The notes under the pieces are model-generated. The model worked only from the letters and a program-made list of their open reading frames with translations, had not been told where the DNA came from and ran no database searches. Made by a program: the position numbers and the translations under genes. A DNA stretch of 62,008 bases, counting the filler. It is 7 parts of 7 records of this genome, joined end to end, with 100 filler letters (N's around TTAATTAATTAA, not from the genome) between each part and the next. Parts side by side here need not be neighbours in the genome. Positions count along the whole stretch, not along the records: positions 1 to 19,143 come from SRR31156797_18474; 6 more parts are not named here. One strand, written 5' to 3'. Shown one piece after another: positions 1 to 8,233 of the stretch; within the stretch, counting starts at the first letter, position 1, and each line of letters starts with the position of its first letter.

Positions 1-99
1 ATCTTTTTCATGATGCCGAATGGAGAAGTTTCATCGTATGATTTTATTATTGGTAATTTCTTCTTCTCCTTAAGGAGAAAGGAACACCATTTAAGAAAT

Positions 100-145
100 G
101 CCCTGTAGGGGCAGAATATTTATAGCCCAAGGCAACGCCCTGGGT
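100..145. repeat. REP-like composite palindromic element
   Basis: GCCCTGTAGGGGC hairpin followed by TAGCCCAAGGCAACGCCCTGGGT hairpin; GC-rich patch in an AT-rich intergenic region; resembles RAYT-associated REPs of Bacteroidota. Confidence 0.6.
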
Positions 146-712
146 TTTGAGGTAAATGAGAATCCGTTGCAAGCCTTGTCTTAATTTGAAATGCTGTGCT
201 TGTTTGCGACGGAAGAGGTCTTGTTTTGGTTTTGTTCTTAAACCAGATTGTCTCCTCCTTCTCCTTTGGTGTGAAAGAGGGAAATAAGAAAGAAAGAGAG
301 GCAGCTTGTCCTTCCAATGTCCTATGTAGTTGGTTCGAACTATGATGTTAATTCGGAAATGACTGTTGGTGGATAGGAAATGTATTGTGGAAATGTGATA
401 TGGTGTTCTTAGTCGTTATCGATAAGTGATGAAGCGAATGTAATTAGTGCTTGGCTTCGAGAAAAGAATGGGTAAGCAGATGAAATGCCATTAGAAATTA
501 AGGAATTGTATGTAAGATTTTTTAGAACTTATCACTATCTTAGTGATAGAGTATCAGATGAATAAGAAAAGGTAATTCCCATTTTATTTATGGCATAGAC
601 TGAAGAAGAAAGAGTGTCTGAGAGAAAAAAAAGGATAGAGTAGAGAGTAAAAACCTTGTAGACAATTGGTGAATGGATACCAGCTTGAAATGGATAAGGC
701 TATATTGAAAAA

Positions 713-922
713 GAGCAGGTACATGAGAAAAACGCGGAGGTAAACCCTTAGGGTGCGAAGGTAGTTGAATGTGTTGCGAAAGGTTGGCTTTTATAAGAAC
801 GTGCCGATGTTTGTGAAGCGAAATCCTTTGTTTGTTGAGCGAAAGCTGATGATTTGCTTGCGCAGGTTGAGTGTTGAAGAGAAAGGGTGGACGATTTGTA
901 TGCATAAGTATGTGTACCAAAA
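713..922 (+). repeat. Degenerate 21-bp tandem repeat, about 10 units
   Basis: GCGGA/GCGAA/GCGCA recurs at 734, 755, 776, 818, 839 and 860, all multiples of 21 apart. Confidence 0.7.
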
Positions 923-974
923 GATGAGGTAATACATCAAATCAAAATAAATCCAGTTATTCAAATAACACACA

Positions 975-1922
975 ATGGACAAAGCCCAAAAACGAATCTT
1001 CGATCAAGCTCGTCGCTTGGTAAGGTTTGGATCAGAAAACCCAAGCTTACAAAGCGATACTTTCTATCAGAAAGTGAATCAGAAACTAATTCAAATTGTC
1101 TCTCATCTCGACGAGCTTTATAAAAATCAGAACCTTATCACGACTAGAAAAAGTACTAGCAAAAAGCAAAGCCGACAAGAGCTGGAATCGGTTTGTTTAC
1201 AAGTAGCCAATTTGTTAAAAGGCTATGGAAACTTCTACGAATTTACTCCTTTTACTTCCTTAAAAGGATTTGGTAAGAATCAGCTTTACAAATACTCAGG
1301 AATAAATTTACTAATAAATTCAGAAAAACTAAAGGGAATTCTCGATCAATATCCTGTTGAGAGTAAGGAAGCTAAGGTTGATTGTGTATTGAAACAAGAC
1401 TTGATTGGCTGCATTGACAGCTTTGAAGAGTTGTTGGATATGCCTAAGAGAACCAATCAAAATTGTAAGAATACCAGTAAACAGATTCGGGATGGTTTAA
1501 AGCAATATCAGAATTTACTGAACGATGTTATCCTTCCCTATGTAAGGGGCAAGTACGAGAAGGATAATAATGATTTGATTGAAAGTTTCGAAAGAGTTTT
1601 GAAATCTGATAAAATAGCCAGAAGAAAGATCAGTTTGGCAGGAACGATTACCGATTTGGATGGCAAACCGATTCATAGACCAAGAGTAGCGGTTGACAAG
1701 AAAAAACCGATGATAAAACGTGGAAAAAAGGGCAATTATTTTATTAAGAACCTCACCGGTGGCATTCATACTCTTCAATTTAGCTGTCATGAGTACGAAA
1801 CTGTTGAAAAGAAAGTGCTCATAACGAAATCGTCTGTCTACAGGTTGGATGTGGTGATGAAACGAAACAGTGAACCGTTATCAGTGAGCAATGATCAACT
1901 AGCAGTAAACTGTAAAGAATGA
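975..1922 (+). CDS. Hypothetical protein: helical N-terminus plus C-terminal carboxypeptidase-regulatory-like (Ig-like) domain
   Basis: 315-aa ORF; C-terminal pattern LAGTITDLDGKPI...GNYFIKNLTGGIHTLQFSCHEYETVEK. Confidence 0.7.
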   Translation: MDKAQKRIFDQARRLVRFGSENPSLQSDTFYQKVNQKLIQIVSHLDELYKNQNLITTRKSTSKKQSRQELESVCLQVANLLKGYGNFYEFTPFTSLKGFGKNQLYKYSGINLLINSEKLKGILDQYPVESKEAKVDCVLKQDLIGCIDSFEELLDMPKRTNQNCKNTSKQIRDGLKQYQNLLNDVILPYVRGKYEKDNNDLIESFERVLKSDKIARRKISLAGTITDLDGKPIHRPRVAVDKKKPMIKRGKKGNYFIKNLTGGIHTLQFSCHEYETVEKKVLITKSSVYRLDVVMKRNSEPLSVSNDQLAVNCKE

Positions 1923-2054
1923 GCAGAGTCATTTATGTATTCTCAAAATGCGGTAATTGAAGAGTATTGGAATTGGCAACGAGCAAACTCAGCTCATTTT
2001 TTTATGCATGTATTTATAATGTGTATAAACATAAAAAACCAACATTGTTGAATG

Positions 2055-2070
2055 TATTTTTGTAGATTTG
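2055..2070 (+). promoter_or_regulatory. Bacteroidota sigma -7 box(es) upstream of the cassette array (Pc-like)
   Basis: TATTTTTG (2055-2062) and TAGATTTG (2063-2070) both match TAnnTTTG. Confidence 0.45.
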
Positions 2071-2105
2071 GAATTGTGCACTTTTAATCACGATATATTA
2101 AAAAT

Positions 2106-2146
2106 AAATGCACTTGTTGTGCATTTGCTAGCAAGTTACCATACAT
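2106..2146 (+). mobile_element. Putative attI-like primary recombination site
   Basis: AAATGCAC-TTGTT-GTGCATTT inverted repeat, TTGCTAGCAA palindrome, then core GTTACCATACAT at 2135. Confidence 0.45.
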
Positions 2147-2154
2147 TAAAAAAA

Positions 2155-3015
2155 ATGAAGAAGAAATTATACTTTGATAACACTGTGAATATTGAAACAA
2201 TTGAGATTTCTATTTTAATTGCAAACGGAAAAATTCGAGAATATCATGGTTTGAATTTCACAAATTATTTTGTTGCGTCAATGATTCCAAATCCTAACAT
2301 TAAGAAAGGAGATTTTGATTATAAAACAATTGAGATGCAAGAGGATTTTAGACTATCAAAAGTGGATAAATATGATAGAAAGAAAAAAGGAATAAAAGCT
2401 AATTACAAAATTGACTGTTATGAATTATTCCAGTTGACTTTAAAAGATGTATATCTGAATCTAAGTTTTATTGAAAAATTTCGCATTGATTATGCCAAGA
2501 ATCAGACGATCTTCCATGAAATGAAATTCAAGCAAAAACTTGTGTACTTTTTGTTGTTCAGTATCCCAGCTCTGCTCATCGGATATTTTTTAAACAAATC
2601 AGGAAAACAGATGAGCAATAATCAGAAAGCAATTCAAACTACTGATACAATTTATACGAAACCCATAGAGTTACCAGCTGAAGTAATTAAAACTTCCTCC
2701 GTTATCTTCTTTATTCCTAATTCGGTAGAATTTGATTCTATCGCAAAATCGGATAACTCTGAAGGAATTTATGAGGTTTCGAGTGACTTTGGATATTATG
2801 CAAATAAAATTGTTGAATTATATAAAGATTCCACATTAAACGTTAGTATAAGTAACAAGAGACTGTTTAAGGCAAACAATGTGCTTATTAGCAAGAATGA
2901 ACAAGATAGTCCTTATGGTATCATATTAGTTAAGTACAATGAATTCAAAATTGAAACTGGGGTGTATACTGATATAGGTATACAACAAATGATAAAGGAA
3001 TATTTTAAGGAATAA
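2155..3015 (+). CDS. Hypothetical single-TM protein (cassette 1 cargo)
   Basis: ATG at 2155 after a poly-A tract, 20 nt after the GTT core; central TM LVYFLLFSIPALLIGYFL; very AT-rich. Confidence 0.75.
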   Translation: MKKKLYFDNTVNIETIEISILIANGKIREYHGLNFTNYFVASMIPNPNIKKGDFDYKTIEMQEDFRLSKVDKYDRKKKGIKANYKIDCYELFQLTLKDVYLNLSFIEKFRIDYAKNQTIFHEMKFKQKLVYFLLFSIPALLIGYFLNKSGKQMSNNQKAIQTTDTIYTKPIELPAEVIKTSSVIFFIPNSVEFDSIAKSDNSEGIYEVSSDFGYYANKIVELYKDSTLNVSISNKRLFKANNVLISKNEQDSPYGIILVKYNEFKIETGVYTDIGIQQMIKEYFKE

Positions 3016-3023
3016 TAGAGAAA

Positions 3024-3164
3024 ACGTGTGGTAACAAAAGTTAAAATTATTGGGCATTGACGCTCAACTAGATAAAGTAACAAAAATAATAAACGCTGGG
3101 CGGTTTTGATAAGGCGGCGGTTGTAAATCGTCCACGAAATTTTAGCAAGACCGTTGTGTGGCAT
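3024..3164. mobile_element. attC-like recombination site
   Basis: ...TGGTAAC-aaaa-GTTAAAATT...AATTTTAGC-aagacc-GTTGTGTGG: R''-spacer-L''...L'-spacer-R' layout forming an imperfect long hairpin. Confidence 0.7.
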
Positions 3165-3375
3165 ACGAAGAACTTATGCAGATACATTGTAGTAACTTGA
3201 ATAAATGCATAAAAAACATTTGATATCCCGAAAGGTTATTTAAACAAGAGAACAATGACACTTGTTCAACAAAAGATTTAGAATACAACGATAAAATAAT
3301 GAATGCTATTGAATTCAAAGAATCTTTATTCAATAGTATAAGCAACAGTATAATATTGAAATAAAGAAGAAGACT

Positions 3376-3666
3376 ATGTTTATTATATCACTGACATACA
3401 AAGACAAACTTGAAAAAATTGACAGAGAATTAGAAAATCATGTTCAATTTTTAAAAAATCAATATGCATTAGGAAATTTTATAGCATCGGGCAGAAAAAT
3501 CCCAAGAACAGGAGGAATAATATTGTCTCAAATGAAAGACAGAAACGAACTTGAAAACATCGTTCATAATGATCCTTTTTATAAGAATGATTTGGCTGAT
3601 TATGATATAACTGAATTTATTCCATCTATGACAAGTGATGAATTAAAGTGTCTAATAGAGAAATAA
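3376..3666 (+). CDS. YciI family protein (cassette 2 cargo)
   Basis: 96 aa; H-x-x-FL...F-I-A-SG-RK-x-P-R-T-GG...DPF motifs. Confidence 0.85.
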   Translation: MFIISLTYKDKLEKIDRELENHVQFLKNQYALGNFIASGRKIPRTGGIILSQMKDRNELENIVHNDPFYKNDLADYDITEFIPSMTSDELKCLIEK

Positions 3667-3670
3667 CAAA

Positions 3671-3691
3671 GTACGACCACACAACAAAAGT
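3671..3691. mobile_element. Truncated terminal attC-like half-site (R'' only)
   Basis: CCACACAAC (3677-3685) is the exact reverse complement of GTTGTGTGG (3153-3161); followed by AAAAGT as in the first site. Confidence 0.6.
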
Positions 3692-3732
3692 AACCCTTGC
3701 ATATCCTCATAAAATTACATGAATACATTATA

Positions 3733-3773
3733 AAAGCCTTAAAAGTTTGCCATTGACAAACTTTTAAGACTTT
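3733..3773. terminator. Hairpin between convergent genes
   Basis: AAAGCCTTAAAAGTTTG-loop-CAAACTTTTAAGACTTT. Confidence 0.55.
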
Positions 3774-3834
3774 GTTATAACTATTTCATCCCCTTGATTT
3801 TAATATCATAGATTTAGGGGGGTCTATCCGTTTC

Positions 3835-5724
3835 TTAATAATTAAATCCAATTAAATTGTGATACATTAACCAGGGAATAAAAACCAGAACTGCAAGAGC
3901 AATAATCGATTGATATACCAAATCGAAAGTTCTCAGCTCTTTAAATCGAATAGCCTTTGTCAATAAATAGATGGTAACAAGCTCCAATGGAATAATTAAA
4001 AAAGGTAAGACTAATGCTATTTTAAAGAGCAAAGGGATATCATAGAAGAATTGCATAGGGTCTGTAGTAAATAAAGCGTAAGCAAGTACGACAACAAATA
4101 CAACAATTAAAGCAGCCAGTGAGAAATTGATTTTTTTAAGTAAGTGCCTCTCTCGATTACTAACAAATAGTTTACCTAAGCCACTTGTAATGATATAAAT
4201 CAATAGAATGAGGAAAATACTACCAATCCATATTCTTTGAAATTTAAGGGGTTCGTACCATTTTAACTTCTCATAAGCATGAGCATCGGTAAAGAAATAA
4301 GATATATCGCCTTTTTTGTTCTTGCCAAATGCCAAGTGTCTGTCCCATTTACCACGGAATGTTAAATCAGATATAGGAACAAGTTTATCTTGCCATTCCA
4401 CTATTTCAAGCGTACTATCTTTTGATACCACATGAATTTCAGGAACCATTCCAAATAAAATACTTATTTTATCCAATGTTGTGTGAGCATACCGTACATA
4501 CCTATATGCACCGCTAAACAATTCTAATGGTTCATCAACACGCCCTGCCTTGCTTGAACTGGTCGGCCTTGTTTTTTGTATCATGCAATCGGGCATTAAT
4601 CGTGCAAATAAATCATACGTTAACTGGTTCATAAACATTCGGCTTTTCTGCTGCTTTGTATTCGATGAATTAACACAAATAAACACACCTACATTTCTTT
4701 CAAGTATCAATGTTAATTGACTTCTAAAACCTTGAATACCTCCAGTATGCCATACCGTTCTCTCTCCGTACCATTGTGATTCCGTAAAGCCTAATAGCCA
4801 ACCATAATTAGCTTTTTCGTACTGCTTAAATCCAGTATTATGCATTTTAGAAACTGTGGAGGAATCTAAAAATTGAGTTTCATTAAAAAAACCACTATTC
4901 AGCCACATAGCTATATAGTGCCCCATGTCAGCAGCTGTAGAACGAAATGAGCCCGCAGGATAGAAGTGATGATAAGCAGTCTTGTATGGAATCAGTTGCT
5001 CGCCCTTTTGAAAGTAACTGGTCGCATAGTTTTCTTCGAGTTCTACTTGTCTTCTAAATCCACTATGATTCATTTCCAGAGGATTCAAAACATTTTCTTT
5101 TACATACTGATGAAAAGGCATGCCTGATACTTCTTCAACAATAAGCCCCAGTAATGCATAGCCATTGTTTGAGTAGGCTATAGCCTTGCCAGAGGGGCGT
5201 ATCTGTGGCGACATACGGGTTTCTATATATTGAGCTAGGGGTATTACCTTATCCTCAGAATGAACAATTGTAGCTATGTTATTATCATCAAAACCAGCGG
5301 TATGGGTTAAAAGATGTCTTACCGTAATAGAATCATTGAATGGATAACTTAATTGAATGGATGTAAGGTAACTATTAACATCCCTGTCCAATTCTAATTT
5401 TCCATCTTCGTATAGTTTCATAACAGCAGTACCTACAAAGGTTTTAGAAATAGAGCCTACTCCAAATATGGACGTGTGAGCATCTACCGCTTTTTTCGAT
5501 TCAATATCAGTTACACCATAGCCATTAAGGTGAAGAATTGAGTCGCCCTGCATGACTACGATAGTAGCCCCCGCAATATTAAGGGATTTCATATTTTCTG
5601 TAAATGTAGAATCGATCCAGGCATTTAAATCAGATGTTTGCACATCTGTATTTTGAGAATATATTTTATTCCCGAATGAAAATAAAGAACATAAAATTAA
5701 AAATGTAATGAGTAAGTGTTTCAT
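3835..5724 (-). CDS. Serine hydrolase (beta-lactamase/AmpC-like) with C-terminal TM helices
   Basis: Signal peptide; SISK (SxxK), LLTHTAG, YSN and HTG motifs; four hydrophobic C-terminal helices. Confidence 0.9.
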   Translation of the reverse strand: MKHLLITFLILCSLFSFGNKIYSQNTDVQTSDLNAWIDSTFTENMKSLNIAGATIVVMQGDSILHLNGYGVTDIESKKAVDAHTSIFGVGSISKTFVGTAVMKLYEDGKLELDRDVNSYLTSIQLSYPFNDSITVRHLLTHTAGFDDNNIATIVHSEDKVIPLAQYIETRMSPQIRPSGKAIAYSNNGYALLGLIVEEVSGMPFHQYVKENVLNPLEMNHSGFRRQVELEENYATSYFQKGEQLIPYKTAYHHFYPAGSFRSTAADMGHYIAMWLNSGFFNETQFLDSSTVSKMHNTGFKQYEKANYGWLLGFTESQWYGERTVWHTGGIQGFRSQLTLILERNVGVFICVNSSNTKQQKSRMFMNQLTYDLFARLMPDCMIQKTRPTSSSKAGRVDEPLELFSGAYRYVRYAHTTLDKISILFGMVPEIHVVSKDSTLEIVEWQDKLVPISDLTFRGKWDRHLAFGKNKKGDISYFFTDAHAYEKLKWYEPLKFQRIWIGSIFLILLIYIITSGLGKLFVSNRERHLLKKINFSLAALIVVFVVVLAYALFTTDPMQFFYDIPLLFKIALVLPFLIIPLELVTIYLLTKAIRFKELRTFDLVYQSIIALAVLVFIPWLMYHNLIGFNY

Positions 5725-5854
5725 AATTTTTGATTTGAATATTAAAGTTTAGGGTGTAAGATGCCTATCGGTTGGAAAACCGAGAACACATACTGATGTA
5801 TTGAAATTAGATTTGAGCGATTGAGCTAGGTCGGATCAAGGCTAGCTAACAGGT

Positions 5855-6262
5855 TTAAGTGGATTCCTGAGGGTGCAGTTTTTTTTCAATCAGCGTTTTA
5901 GCAACAAACCACAGCAGAAGTGATAAAAGATAAATAAGGCTTCCATAAATGGTCACAATTACAGTAACTTCTAGTCCTCCAAATATTAATGAGGGCGCAT
6001 AATCAATTGATTTTACCATTCCTTCTTCTAATATCATAAAAAAGCTAGAAAACCCAAACATTTGACCCAATATTCCGGTAACCAAGGCAAATAAACCTAT
6101 TGATTTTCCATATCCAAGCTTTCTTAAGAAAACGGCATTGTCTGTATGTTTGGAAGTGTAAACCACAATAAAATGATAAACCATCCAGGCAATAGTCATA
6201 ATTAACAAAATAGTAAGAACCCACATAAAAAAAGATCCTCCCCTAATAAATAGTTCTTTCAT
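5855..6262 (-). CDS. Small MotA/TolQ/ExbB-like three-TM membrane protein
   Basis: GG-x-FM-x-x-LT N-terminus; GLFALVTGILGQ and GGL...TIYG helices. Confidence 0.7.
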   Translation of the reverse strand: MKELFIRGGSFFMWVLTILLIMTIAWMVYHFIVVYTSKHTDNAVFLRKLGYGKSIGLFALVTGILGQMFGFSSFFMILEEGMVKSIDYAPSLIFGGLEVTVIVTIYGSLIYLLSLLLWFVAKTLIEKKLHPQEST

Positions 6263-6413
6263 AAATAATTAAATTTGCGATTAACACTTCTGCCAAATTA
6301 TGTGAGATAAGGAAATTCATCAAGGTCGAATCCGTACCTTAAGCGGTTGTTTATCGACTCTAAATGGTCATAACGATAGTTTTGCCGAAATTAGCCCGAA
6401 ATAATTAAATAAA

Positions 6414-7181
6414 ATGCGTAAAAAACTAAAAAATCTTCATTTACATATTGCCTATTGGATTTTTGCCTTGCTCGTATTAATCCGAACCTTTGGATTTTCG
6501 TGGGACAGCAAAATGAATGCTTTTTATTTCATAAGCATGCTTTTTCCAATTGTTATTGGAACCTCCTATTTTTTCAACTATGTGCTTGTACCAAAGTATT
6601 ACTTTACAAAGAGGTATGCGAGGTTTGCATTTTATACCTTCTGCACAGCTATAATTTCGGTATACCTCGAATTATTAGTTTTGGTTTTTTCTTTTGTCTA
6701 CCTGGTCGATCTGAACTATCAAAGTTTGGGTCCTGATGCTCGACCTATGCTTTTAGCAGTTGTATTGTATTTGTTGGTATTTGTTGGAGCGTTTCTATTG
6801 ATGATAAATCAAATCAATGAAAACCAACAGGTCATTCAACAACTTTTAGATGATAAAAAGAAAATGAAAAAGTCCTTTCTCGAAATCATGTCTAATCGAA
6901 AAATGATCAAAATACCTTATGACGATATTGTTTACATAGAAAGTTTATCTGATTATATCAGGGTAAATACCATCGACAAAGAAATTACAAGCAAAGAGAA
7001 AATAGGTCGACTATCAGAAAGATTACCCGATAATTTTTTAAGAATTCACCGTTCCTTTATAGTTAATACTGATAGAATTAAAGAGCGTTCATTAGATAAG
7101 GTTCTGGTTGATGATATCATGCTAAATATTGGCAGAAGCTATAGAAAAGCAGTTAAAGAATTGTTGAATAGTAATGTCTAA
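6414..7181 (+). CDS. Membrane-anchored LytTR family regulator (no receiver domain)
   Basis: Four N-terminal TM helices; LytTR domain IVYIESLSDY...FLRIHRSFIVN...IGRSYR. Confidence 0.9.
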   Translation: MRKKLKNLHLHIAYWIFALLVLIRTFGFSWDSKMNAFYFISMLFPIVIGTSYFFNYVLVPKYYFTKRYARFAFYTFCTAIISVYLELLVLVFSFVYLVDLNYQSLGPDARPMLLAVVLYLLVFVGAFLLMINQINENQQVIQQLLDDKKKMKKSFLEIMSNRKMIKIPYDDIVYIESLSDYIRVNTIDKEITSKEKIGRLSERLPDNFLRIHRSFIVNTDRIKERSLDKVLVDDIMLNIGRSYRKAVKELLNSNV

Positions 7182-7314
7182 TTAATGTAGCAAGTCAATC
7201 AAATCACCTCAACTTCTACTAGGGATTAAGAATAGATTCTAAAAATAAAATTCATTTTCGTATAGGGTATTCTTAAATTGAGACATCATATACATACACA
7301 CTAAACTAAAACCG

Positions 7315-8100
7315 ATGAATAAGTTCCCCATTTTACTGCTTTTACTAGCAGCATCTTTACTGTCATGTCAGCCAAAGCAGAAAGAGACAAGTATTGCAAG
7401 TGCTCAACTAGAGCAGAAAGCCGAATATCCTAAGTTGGTAGAGTTTCCATCTGTTGATTCTATAATGATTACTGGAAATTTGTATCAAATAGATGATACA
7501 TCGCCATTCATATTGCTTTGTCACCAGGCACGCTTCAATAAGTTTGAATATGCTGGAACTGCTGAACGTTTGAATAAAATGGGATTCAATTGTTTGGCTA
7601 TTGATCAGCGATCGGGAGGACCCATTGGAGATACACAAAATGAGACTTACTTGAGAGCTTTAAAGGTGGGGAAAGGTGTTGATTATGTAGATGCAGAGGT
7701 TGATATAGTTGCTGCACTCAATTACATCAAAAAGAATTATTCCGATAAAGTTATTCTTTGGGGATCGTCTTATTCATCGACTTTGGCATTGTATTTAGCC
7801 GTTGAGAAGGAAGAAGTAGCTGCAGTGCTATCGTTTAGCCCGGGTAACTATTTAGCGGATAAAAAGGGCTCATTAATAGAAAAATTGGAAGGATTCGAGA
7901 AGCCAATGTTCCTGACCTCTTCCAAGTCGGAAGCAAAGTATGTTGAGGCGCTATTGGAAAAGCACGAATTAATGGATAAGCAAGTTCAATTCATTCCTGA
8001 AGGTCCAGGGCATCATGGGTCAAGAGCGCTCTGGAAAAACCAGCAGGGAGGAGAAGAGTATTGGGCAGCCATTACGGATTTTTTAAATCGCATAAAATAG
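7315..8100 (+). CDS. Alpha/beta hydrolase lipoprotein
   Basis: Lipobox LLSC; nucleophile elbow WGSSYS; C-terminal HHG. Confidence 0.75.
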   Translation: MNKFPILLLLLAASLLSCQPKQKETSIASAQLEQKAEYPKLVEFPSVDSIMITGNLYQIDDTSPFILLCHQARFNKFEYAGTAERLNKMGFNCLAIDQRSGGPIGDTQNETYLRALKVGKGVDYVDAEVDIVAALNYIKKNYSDKVILWGSSYSSTLALYLAVEKEEVAAVLSFSPGNYLADKKGSLIEKLEGFEKPMFLTSSKSEAKYVEALLEKHELMDKQVQFIPEGPGHHGSRALWKNQQGGEEYWAAITDFLNRIK

Positions 8101-8139
8101 TAGTTAGGATTAGTTTATATAAATACACAGACTTGATTT

Positions 8140-8169
8140 GGGAATGGCATTTTGCTGTTCCCTTTTTTT
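8140..8169 (+). terminator. Rho-independent terminator
   Basis: GGGAATGGCA-TTT-TGCTGTTCCC followed by a T-tract. Confidence 0.65.
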
Positions 8170-8233
8170 ATTCTCTCATCTTGAGTGGGAATTGAGATGA
8201 GGTATTGTTAAAACAAACTATCTTAGCATACAA

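Noticed and set aside
588-920. 110-aa minus-strand ORF over the 21-bp array
   Set aside because: No recognisable family and low-complexity composition; probably a by-product of the repeat, though not strictly excluded.
713-922. CRISPR array
   Set aside because: Units are contiguous and degenerate with no repeat-spacer alternation, and no cas genes are present.
975-1922. Cognate integrase for the cassette array
   Set aside because: No R-H-x-x-R-H/W-Y tyrosine-recombinase signature or DDE/serine-recombinase motifs were seen.
2068-2154. N-terminal extension of the cassette 1 ORF
   Set aside because: TTG start running through the promoter/attI-like region; the ATG at 2155 after a poly-A tract is more plausible.
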